The notes beneath the pieces are model-generated. The model had not been told where the DNA came from. It worked only from the letters and a program-made list of their open reading frames with translations, and ran no database searches. Positions 52,401-64,000 of a DNA stretch of 64,000 nucleotides are shown here, piece by piece. Origin of the DNA: Chrysomallon squamiferum (lineage: Eukaryota; Animalia; Mollusca); assembly GCA_012295275.1 (NCBI GenBank), contig CM022673.1, positions 24,986,001-25,050,000 on the forward strand, written 5' to 3'. Position 1 is the first letter of the stretch, and the number at the start of each line of letters is the position of its first letter. Made by a program: the position numbers and the translations under genes.

Positions 52401-55234
52401 AACTGAAGTTATTGGTTACTTTTAATTAAAAAAATCTATTTATAACTAACTCAAACTGTTTACTGATTTCAATCTGTGGCACTGTTAACTAAATCAGTGG
52501 CAAGGTCAGAAATAACAACACTTGTTACATCCATTATACTGTTATACATGACACTAATCATTGATGGATTTAATAGATACTACAGCTTCCTGTTTTTACA
52601 TCTGTTGTAAGTGAAATAGCATGTAGTGACAGCTACTGCTACTGCAATGTCACACAAATCCTATTACATCATCTGTGAATGGCTGTTATTTGTTACTAAA
52701 GCTACACTCCACTTGACCATGTCCATTTGCCTCTTTCAAGTAGATCCTTTCCCCTTTCGCATTTGTTCTACCCATAAATGAACTGTTTTGCCAGAATTAA
52801 TCCATTGGTTTTTAGCCCTTTTTTCTCAAGCAGGTCCTTTCTCTTTTAGTGTTTGTTCTGTCCACAAAATTTCAGTCAAAAACAAATCCATTATATTTAT
52901 CCTGTCTCTCTTTTTCTCAAGTAGTATTAAGAAGACTCAGATCCTGCTCAAAGTTTTTTTGTTCCACCCGTAACACTGCTGCTTTAAAATAAACCCATTA
53001 TGTTCCACTCAGTTTGATTCTATGTCAGACAGACTTAGCCAGAACTCAGGACCTCTTCATTTAAATTTCTGATTTTCTACCTACCCAGCTGTTGACAAAA
53101 ATTAAAGTCACTATTTTCAATTCAGAATACTGATATGAGATTTACCAAGTGGAAATATATGCATGCAACTGTAATAATTATATAAAACCAAATATTACGT
53201 GACTCAAGTTTTCTATGTACCATGACCAACTTTTACAGGTTTATTCAAACAAGACTTATTGGGACTCCATCATGAACAGTGGTGCCATCTGTTGGCGTTA
53301 AATGAAAGTGATTACCCAACTCCATTAATTTGTTCTGCCATGGAGTTGTTATCGTGGATAAACCCATCAATTTACATTCAATTTACCTTGATTTCAAACA
53401 GTATTGGTGAAAGCCTAGTAACACTGAAACTCACCACCTAAAGTTAATCATCTATGTTCTATCCCACGATATACTAAGGTATCGTAACAAATAATATCAC
53501 ACATATCTCCATGTTTATGAAGTTTTTATTGCATCGTAGTTAAATTAGATACAAACAGAAAACTAAACTAGACACTATTTTTGAACAACAACATGACCCA
53601 CCCTGAAGTCTTGTGCTCTGAGTTTGATATCAGACCTACCCAGTATAAACATCACTGAAATGGATATTGTCATCCTATACATTTGTACTCAGTGTATTAC
53701 AGGATACATTTGTTTGGAGTGCTTACATATCCTGGTTTAAAACTGACACAGTTATTCATATGGAAAACTGTTAGCTGTATGCTGTTTACTGTGAATGGTT
53801 TTACCAATGTGAATATTTCTAAACTGCTTGCTGTGATTCAATAGTTCACAGGAAATATGCTTTACATTCATTATTTGAGAACAAGAACTAATTTTTAATT
53901 GGTTACTGAATGAAGAGGTACTTTGGTGCAAGGGTTTCTAACACTGTTTGAATACCAGTTTGCCTGTGCATTTCTTACAAAGGCTTAATATATTTTTTCT
54001 ATATAAACATGTTTATTAATAATACATATACTTTTTTAAATTCTAATTTAAATTAGTGGCTAGTGTCAAAATAAAATAAAGATCTTTTTTATATGTGTGT
54101 GTGTGTGTGTGTTGTGTGTTTCAAAATGAAAAAAAATTAATCTAATAATAATAATAATTATTATACAAGATTTTTGTAAAACTATTAGATAATAAAACTA
54201 CATTTATATTAAAGGATTTTAAATTTTTTTAACTATAGGCACAACACTTGTGTAAGACAGTGAGTTACTGGGCCAGTTTTCATAGCTACACAGTCTACCC
54301 AGACTCTTCCAGTTAGTGATATACCAGAAGCAATGGTATGTTCTTCATGTTGCAGGAAACTGAAGGTAAAGATTGACAATCAATAACACTTAACAGCAGC
54401 CCCTGAATGTCAGCAGAGATTTCCTTGTAAGATGATAGCCAGTAACTGTTAATAACAAATGTACAGAGGCTGTCACACACATATTTTCTAAGTGAGGTAC
54501 TTTCGTCAAATGATCTATCTTCTGAAATAAAGAAATCCATTCAGGTTCCATTTCTTTACATTGTTCCAAACTTTCTTCCTTATTCTTTTTCTGATTTATG
54601 TCATACACTTACAAATTATCTCTTAGAGAAATACATTTTATATACAAAACACATCAATACAGTTAATTAATGCTTGTGTATTTGCAAACGATTTGCTGTT
54701 TTTTCTTAGTATGATTTCTAAAGTATGATTTCTTTTTTTTTTTTCCCTATGTGAACAGACTCTACCATGGAAGCTTTATAGGGATAACTGTAAGATGTAA
54801 AGAATGGTTCAAAATACACAGAGTGAATGTGAACCACTGTTAAGAACTGGTTACTATATTCAGCAACTGAAATCCTATCCAAACCAAGAAACGAGAATCA
54901 AAATGTGCAGCTATTTCGTTCAGTTCAGTCGTTGTAACTGACTGTTGTCTGAATAAGATAAAATCTGAAACTAGCTTCTGTCTCAAACCTAGCTCAGTGT
55001 TTAACAAACATGACTGGAACTCAGATGAAGACACATCTCACAGAAACATGGCTGCTGCTTGGTTTAGCAACTGAATCAACACAAGTGTCAGTTTTAACAC
55101 AGCACAGTGATCATGTACTGGTTTTTAACTAGTACAAATAGGTAAACAGGAACACATCAGTATTGTGTTAATACAGCTGACAAAAATGATAAAATATTAT
55201 TATTATGCTATCTTTCTTTTTTCTTTTTTTTTAA

Positions 55235-55274
<40 letters not shown>

Positions 55275-56169
55275 GTATATTTATGTATATATTGGTACTG
55301 TTTCTAATTTTTATTATGATATTAAATACTAGTATACCCACACACACAGACATATATATGTATTTAAAATTATAAAATGCTTTCTTTATAAAATCCTTTG
55401 TAACCAAAGATAAATGTTTGATTTAAGATTTTTTTTTTTAATAAATTTCTTTTGTTGGTATGTGTTTCCTGCATGAAACAGACAAATGACAAACTGTGAT
55501 AAAAACTGAGTTATGAAGTATGTCCTGAAGATACAAGTTTAATGACCAAGGAATGTTGACCTCTTCAACACAGTGATATAACAAACCTATTGTAGTATAT
55601 ACCTGCTATCTGTGAATCTATACAGCTAGATAATTCCATTTTTAAATAAATACACACATATTAAAATATCATATATAATGTACTTAAATTTTATTTTATT
55701 AACTGTCCCAAATTTTTTTTTTAAATTCCATTCAGCTAATCAATAAAAAGCTCATGGAAATCGCAGAGTTAATATCTGATTCATCATTTCTCAAAATAGA
55801 TGTTCACCAAAAATTAGTTATAAATATTGTAGAATTAAAATAAATAATAATAATACATAATGTTTTTTAATTTTTTTTAAATAATATATAAATAGACACA
55901 CACACACACATATATATATGATTTTTTAAATTTTATATATATATAATTAAAAAAATTACTACATGCGAAAGACTTTAGACAATTTAATCTCTTCCCATCT
56001 CTTTCATATTAAATTACTGATGAATGACAGTTTTTTTTTGTTGTTTTTTTAATCATGAAAAAAAAAACTTGCAAGTAATTAGATACATTCAATGGTGTTT
56101 TTTTCCAAAATAACAAAATGTTTGTTAAAAAAATAAACATTTACCTAATTCCTGGAAATAATTACCTCT

Positions 56170-56203
<34 letters not shown>

Positions 56204-57229
56204 AAGAAAAAAAAAAAATAATGTAATTGCTTGTTAAAATAAACGATATTCACTTTCTCTAAGCATATCAAATGTATCTGAACAAAACACTACTGACTCA
56301 AACATAGATTTCCTATAACTTCCTCTGCCTGTTTTGTCCTGCAGTCCTATTAACATTAATACAACAGTTATTACCAGATCAAGAAGGTGAACCTAATTGC
56401 ACCTATGCTAGATCCTACATTTTTTATTTACCATGATCTTTTTCTTTGTAATTTTCATCACAATGTAACATATCAATTTCAAAATAACATATGCAATAAA
56501 TATGGAACTCTTCTTTTCTGAAGTACTGAATCCCCCCCCCCACAGACAACATCTATAACTGACATCCACATGTGTTCTGATCAAGCCCCCCACCCCACCC
56601 CTGTGACAAATGAAAACAAGAAAACTTGATATTTTCACACGTTCTGTGGTAAGTAATATTTTATTCTTGAGCTGATTTTACAATAAACAAAACATCCACA
56701 GAGATGAATTCTTTTTTCATTACATTTTAATTATTTATGAGAGGCATGAAAGTGATAAACAAAATGCATGCTGTTGATTTAATTGGTGTAAAAACTAATC
56801 AGATTGCTATGTTTTATTAAACTCAATAATTGTTTTATTATTGGTAAGGCTATAATCCATTAGGGAGTATAATCATGAAAACAAAAAAATGCCAAAAAAA
56901 CAACAACCAACTTTGGATATTTTTCATATTCCTCACAGTATTTTAAGATAATAAAAAAAATAATATTCCATTTGACCCTGTCATAGTTATAATTAGGCAG
57001 AATCTATTTTCATGAATACTGATATGCTGAAAGTTGTCAGTACACTTCTCTTTATGTGTTCAGTGGATTGTAAAATTTATTTTGCTTTCAGAAAAACCCT
57101 ACAGCTAATCTATTTGTTTACATTGGTTATTATTAGTATTTCACCACTGGCATAAAGACATGCTCACCATATAATTATTTCAATTACCAAATACATTTTT
57201 TTTAGCCTTAAAGCAAACACATATTTTAC

Positions 57230-57260
<31 letters not shown>

Positions 57261-59573
57261 CTTATTTACTTATTTATTTATTTATTTATTTATTTAAATG
57301 GCAGGCTTTCTGCTTAATAATAATTTTCTTATCCTGCTATTATTCATGTCTACACATGATAGGCACACTTCAACATACTGAGGATTTACAACATGACTGA
57401 ATGAAAGAAAAGAGACCAGTTCATTGAAGAAAAAAAATTTGAGGTGTTCTGAATAACAACACCAACCACAACAAAAACAAAAATAATAAAAACTACAATA
57501 CTACAAAAATTACAAACACAGTAGTAGTAAGAAAGATAACAACAACAATATAATAATAAAGAAATTAATTATTACTGCATCAGTAATGTTTGTTTTTAAA
57601 GGTTTTTGAGAAAGATAAAACAAAGAACTGGATTTGAACTGCATAAAACAAAGAAGATTGCTGGAGAAAAACCAAAACAAAAAAAAATCAACAAAAAAAC
57701 ATCACCAGATGTTACATTATGTCCTAAAGTGTGCAATACAAAAAACAGACAGAGAAAATAAATATTACAGAAATGACAGATTTACAGTTCTAACTTGTAT
57801 CTTGACGAACAAACAAACAAACAAACAGACAGATAGACTTAGTTACTTTGTAGAGAAACTCACAGCTGACAATCACTTCTGTGAGAGAGATTACCAATCA
57901 CTGCAAACTGCACAACAGCATGTGCAACTCCAGAACACAACAGCAGAACAAGGAACTTACCATAAGAAAACACAGGACATTTGTCCACAAAAATTCCTTT
58001 TATCTGAACAGTAATCCTGGAAGGAATCCACAGAAATTAGCAGGCTTGCAGAGCCACCAATAACACACACTCTGTATTCACTTGCATACAAACTGTGCTT
58101 ACAACTGTATCATATGGGACAAACAGTGAGTGAAGGTCGTATGTCAGAGTTCAAATCAATGAGGACTGGCTGCTAAAAATATCTTGCCCTGGCCTCAATC
58201 ACCAGCCAAGCTGTGATCTGAAAACCAGTCACAGAATAATAATAACAGTAGTAATAAAAATACTGGTAGTCTGTTCATCATTTAGCGTGCAATATTGTAG
58301 CTAGATCCAATACTGAATGTTTTTTTTAAAAAATCTACCAGTTCATAATTGAGAAATTATTTTAAATAATTAATAAAATGAACTGAAAAATGTGTTCTGC
58401 TCATGAACTATTTTAAATAAATAAAATTAATTTTAATCTGTTTAATAAATGACCAAGACAGACTATTTATCTGTTGAAAGCATATTATATTAAAAATAAC
58501 AGTTCATTTTTGGTTTCTCCACAGATCAGTATGGACACATGACAAAACCACTGAAAAAATACAAATACACCATTTCAGTGATACTGTTTTCATTTATAGT
58601 TTTATGTTTTTTTACAGTATCAGTATTTCCTAGCAAAATTATTTATGTCATTTCCTTAATAAAATATGCAAGTGAGCCATTCATAATAAAATGTGTCTTC
58701 TTAAGAAGCCATTTTTTTCTAGTTTGAACCTTGGGAAGTTTAAGTGTCTTAAGGGAATTTTTCTTCTTTTTAAATTGAATTTGCCATCAGCCTCATTTAC
58801 ACACCATTGACTGTACTTGAAGGGTCATCAGTGGTGGTTTGGATGTTCAGAACGGATATTATAATAGCTAAAATTTTGTTATGTTTTTTCAGAATGGTAA
58901 TTATGCTCATTAGGGTTCTGAATTATAACAACAACAAAAACAATGAAAAAAAAAAAAATGAAAAAAAAAGAACAATGACAAAATTAACGGGAAAAAAAAA
59001 GAAAAAAAGAAGAAAGATTTATTTCCTTGAGGTTAATGAATGCAACTTTCATTCAAAATACCATTCTTTTATATGCATTTCTTTTTCAGTTCGTGATTTG
59101 AAATGGTCATAATTATGTGTTTATAATAATATAAATAACAATCTTGTTTTAAATTACATTAATTTTTAAATTATTATTTTTTTTTTTTTATTATTATTAT
59201 TATTATTTTTTTTTTTTTTTAAAGGAACCAAATCAAACTAAAAACTAATAATATGCTAAGAATACAAGTTTCAGATATAATTTAATACAGTTCATTTTAT
59301 CTGCATTGCACGCCCAGAATCATTACACTTTATTCTTTGGTTGTTTGCACATTATTCTATCACTGAAAGCAAAATTACAATAGTAAATGGATGATGATAC
59401 AGCATGTATCAGTTTCTAATCCAGCAATATATCTCTTGGCTGAAAAATGGTAAATAGCTTCTACATAGCAGACAACACTTTTATAATATTCTAAGTGAAT
59501 CTGACAAAGACTTGGGTGTGTTGTACTGTAAACACAGTCATCGATCTATATCAGTTGTTTCTGAAGGAAAAAC

Positions 59574-60240
59574 AAGACAATGTTCTCAACGTATTCACAG
59601 AATTTACTGTCTGATTCACACTAAAGACAATGTTCTGAACACATTCACAATATTTACTGTCTGATTCACATTAAAGACAATGTTCTGAACATATTCACAA
59701 TATTTACTGTCTGATTCACATTAAAGACAATGTTCTGAACATATTCACAATATTTACTGTCTGATTCACACTAAAGACAATGTTCTGAACGTATTCACAA
59801 TATTTACTGTCTGATTCACACTAAAGACAATGTTCTGAACATATTCAAATATTTACTAATTCACACTAAAGACAATGATCTGAACATATTCACAATATTT
59901 ACTGTCTCATTCACACTAAAACCAATGTTCTGAACATATTCACAATATTTACTGTCCAATTCACACTAAAAACAATGTTCTGAACATATTCACAATATTT
60001 ACTGATTCACACTAAAAACAATGTTCTGAACATATCACAATATTTACTCTCCGATTCACACTAAAAACAATGTTCTGAACATATTCACAATATTTCTCAA
60101 TTAACTCACATTAAAACCAATGTTCTGAACATATTCACAATATTTCTCAATTAACTCACACTAAAACCAATGTTCTGAACATATTCACAATATTTCTCAA
60201 TTAACTCACACTAAAACCAATGTTATGAACATACTTACGA
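59574..60240. repeat. Minisatellite with 50-bp unit AAGACAATGTTCTGAACATATTCACAATATTTACTGTCTGATTCACACTA, about 13 copies
   Basis: tgttct(c/g)aac recurs at 59581, 59631, 59681 and onward. The last three copies share the variant tatttctcaattaactcaca. Confidence 0.95.
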
Positions 60241-61544
60241 TACCTGCCATTCTCATTTTCACATTAAACTATCAATTCTTAATTCTCATCATTAAGAGAA
60301 GGCTGACCAGAAGAAAAACAAATTTAATGTGGTTTAAAAGTTCAAGGGCAGACTGCTTGCTTATATGGTCACAGTGAAATAAAAGCTTCTGTAATGATTT
60401 GTTATTTAAATTAAAATCCTGCTTTTGTACAGGCAGAACATGATGGAAGTTAAATTACCTTTAAATATTTTAAAGTAATTTTCAAGGAGAAGACATGAAG
60501 ATTGTAATTAAAATTCACAACTGATTCATCATCTAATACTGTAATGAAAGAAAAATTTACTAAGAAAGCTTAATTGTTCATTCATAATACAGATTTGTAA
60601 CTGATTATTAACTAGGTTTCTGAACAAAATTGATGAACTATTTAACATGCTGCAACGATAAGTTTCACATTAACCAAAATCCGTTACCTGCAGTAAATTA
60701 AAATACTGCATACTGTTTACAACCAACTAGTTACAAATGTGCTTTATGTTTGGCTTAGATCAATCAAAGCATTGTCTGTATGTAATACTATAATTCTTTT
60801 CTCAGCAAACAACAGATCACAGTGAAAACAAGAACGTTTTTATATTTTGTCAATACGTTTTTAGTGATTAAGGGAAAACTCTGCTTTCAGCAGAGACATT
60901 AACAAATCACTCTTTAATGGTGAAGGAAGTTAAAACAAAATTTAATATGGTGTCACTAAAAATGCCATTAAGTATGAAAATGTCACTTAAAACACTATTT
61001 TTAACATGAAAATACTGTTGGTTGAAAAGCTGTTTAATATGAGAAATGCTGTTTTGCTCAGCTGCTGTTTGGAGGCACTTATTGTTATCTGGGTTGTGAT
61101 GTCTTCACAAGTCTATTATAGAAAATGTAATTACTGGGTACCAGTCTGTCAGTAGAAAAATACAGACAGCCGGAATAACAGAAGCTGCAGAGTGTCACCT
61201 GTACTGAAACTGCACAAATTACACTCTGTACAAAACTGGTTATTTAACAACAAAAATTTTCAACACAACGTAATTTTTTCAAAAAAGCATTTACATCTGT
61301 TTCTTTATATAATCAAACAAATTTACCCATAATGTAAGTTTATGACACAGTCATATCTAAATGTGACGCAAATGGGATCACCTCAAGTATTAGTTTCTGG
61401 TGATAAACAAAAATTGAAAAAGATATTTTATTTGTTGTTCCCTTGTAAACATTTACATTTTTATTTTCAATATTTTTAACACTAAAACTGGCCAATATAA
61501 TGCGTTTTTTTTTTTGTTTTTTATTTTCAATATTTTTTAACACT

Positions 61545-61752
61545 AAGTCTGTTTGTTTTCTACTTGGCTAACAACAGACTGTAGTCTGTTTGTTTTCTAT
61601 TTTTTTCTAACACAGACTTTTTTTTTTTTCTACTTCTTCTCAAACACAGACTGTAGTCAGTTTGTTTTCTAGTAGTCTGTTTGTTTTCTCTAACACAGAC
61701 TGTAGTCTGTTTGTTTTCTAGTTCTTCTCTAACACAGACTGTAGTCTGTTTT
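61545..61752. repeat. Degenerate tandem repeat of about 40 bp containing the palindrome ACAGACT-GT-AGTCTGT
   Basis: acagactgtagtc(t/a)gtt is seen four times, for example aacagactgtagtctgtt at 61573-61590. Confidence 0.8.
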
Positions 61753-64000
61753 CATACTTGCCAATATATTTTGTAATAACAATTCTTCTGATCATTCAGA
61801 TATCTGCACCACAGAGACAAAACAATAAATTCGTTTGCTGTGTTCTATCTTTTAAACAAATCATATAACATTGCCAGTGTCACTCAAGGCTATGAGTATA
61901 AAAGAGAGTACTGAACATTTTATAGTTAGATGCTGGGTGAATGTGATAAAGGTATAATGAACTTTAGGGGTGACAGTGACAATGAGTTTATGACTGACAG
62001 CTCATTACTCATGTTGACTGTTGTAACAGCTGCTGTTTTGCTTGTGTATTTCGCACAAACGTGTCCACATTTTCATCTCAGAGTTCAGAACTAGGGTTGA
62101 CGGTTCCTTCTATTTTTTTTTCCATAAAAATATGGAGACAGAGAATAAAAGATGTCATGTAAACATATTGAATGTTTTACTGATTTATACAAATTATTTA
62201 ATTCAGAATCTAGGATGAGAAAAAAAAAAAAAATGTTCTCTCTCTCTGCTATTTAAAATATAAATCAGAAAAATAATTTTTTTTTTAATCATATAGAGAT
62301 TTTCATTTTCATTTTTCTTATTAATTTTAAATTTTTTCTTTTACTTTTTTTTTGTTATTTTTCTTTACTTATTTTTTTTTTAGGGGTGGTGGTGATGGGA
62401 AATCAGGAATTATATTTTAAATATATATATATACATACTGTTAGAAATTATTTTCTTATTGCTAAACACAAAACAAATTCTGTTGACACCAGACAAGATA
62501 AACATGAGACAAGCTTGTTTTTACCACACTGAAAGTTAATTAAACCAGTCACACGAGATAACTAAAAAGATATGGTAATCCCTTAAACCAGCAAGTAATC
62601 CTCCAAACATGAGTGACACAAACATTTCATTACACGGAAATCAATAGAAGTCATAGAGGATGAATATTCAATTTAAACACAGTAATGGTTTCATTCTGAA
62701 ATACTCTTCAATGGTGGGTAAATATTCAAAGGTTAATACTGCTTTTTTAAAAAAATTTATATCATAGAGAAATACTGGACACAAAAGATTTAACAAAAAT
62801 AAAGAAGCTTAAATGCTTTTTCATTACGGAAAAATTTAAATTACTTGCATTAATTCTTCTTTTCTTTAATTCTCATTACAAAAGACTCAACATTAATGTT
62901 TCTTTATGGGAAGAAAAACAATTGCTTTTTGCAATTAAGAAAATGAAAGTCAATTAACGTATATTTATTTTCACAACACCTGATCTCAGTTTATAGTGAA
63001 TGTTTGTTAGATGTCAAAGATATAACAGTGATGTGGAAGAGGAAAAGCCTTAGGATAATCTAATAATGTATGTGCAGTGGATCTTTTATGTATAAACTTC
63101 CTAAACAGCACAATACATTATACTGTGGATTTTGACAAAAACTGGTTATTACAACAATTTAGCAGCAAGTGAAATTTCATACAAACCTACCCATAGACAG
63201 GGAAATGTCCTCTATTAATAAACCAGACAATAAATTTGTTTTACCTTAACACAGCATTTCCTGTTCTGGATCTAATCATTTTGTCCTTCTGACTTATTAA
63301 AGCATTTAATGACACATGTGAATTCAGACCCTCGCAGATCACTTTGTCTGTTACACTTGTCTTTTTATAAACTTAAATAATACAAGTACTACAGAACTGT
63401 TTTCAAAGTGGCTATAAATAAGATTTGTTCTCAAAGCATCCAAAATGACCAGCTGATTAGTTTGTAAATTGGTTTCTGGACAACTGAAGAAAATTACTCT
63501 TCATCTTGCAAGACTACAGCCAGAAGTAAAAGAGATCACCCGACACCAATCAACATATTCAGAGAAAAAGCCAGTTAAAATTATGCACAGTCACAATGAA
63601 AATTTTAACTAAATCTGAACAGAAGTTACTTCTTAATGAGTTACAAATTATCAGTCTGTATTTTACAATTTTACATTAATGATAATTAGAAATTTGAAAT
63701 GATATTTTAAAATTAATTTTCAATAGAGGGGTATGTTACACATTCAAAGAAATGTCCAATAATTGACAAAACACAATATTATTATTATTATTATTTTCTT
63801 TCTTTCTTTTTTTTCTAAAGAATGTGAAAAGCAAAACTTTAACTCACCAAGAATTCCTGCTTTTCATTTTCAGCAGTTCCGTTTCAAACTGACTGCACTT
63901 TTGTGTAATATAATGAATAAACTGTTCAGATAAATTATTTTTTTTTTTTTTTTTTTTTTTAAAGAATGAAAAATAGAAATCACTTTTAAAAACAAGTACT

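Noticed and set aside
49481-55034. Scattered coding-looking patches (49481-49771, about 50800-51200, 52700-52980, 54313-54608)
   Set aside because: They may be decayed transposon or pseudogene fragments, but I recognise no domain and found no consistent splice chain. BLASTX would be needed.

Overview
This is AT-rich, microsatellite-rich animal genomic DNA. It looks invertebrate, possibly molluscan, but the taxon is a guess. It contains no prokaryotic features: no operon, CRISPR array or rRNA/tRNA was recognised. The window is dominated by the 5' part of one large minus-strand gene encoding the AMP-activated protein kinase gamma subunit (PRKAG2/SNF4Agamma-like). Seven exons splice in one frame through canonical GT-AG sites: 29526-28996, 24529-24484, 5850-5729, 4396-4351, 2451-2348, 2035-1954 and 1251-1193. 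They encode a long disordered N-terminal extension and the first CBS domain; the remaining CBS exons lie left of the window. The most interesting signal is a series of phase-compatible candidate alternative first exons (about 34.0, 31.0, 24.8, 22.6, 11.5 and possibly 6.2 kb). They would give the subunit different N-termini, including a Cys-rich possibly acylated one, a PKA-site-rich one and one with a MAPK-docking-like basic motif. The large exon starts with DLSAFAMPLLD, matching vertebrate gamma2 DLSSFAMPLLD at the same splice junction. The introns hold a Tc1/mariner-type MITE, a diverged long inverted repeat, a multi-hairpin CpG island and several minisatellites. Alternative exons are inferred from sequence only, and comparisons to human and fly proteins are from memory. 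Both need RNA-seq and database confirmation.
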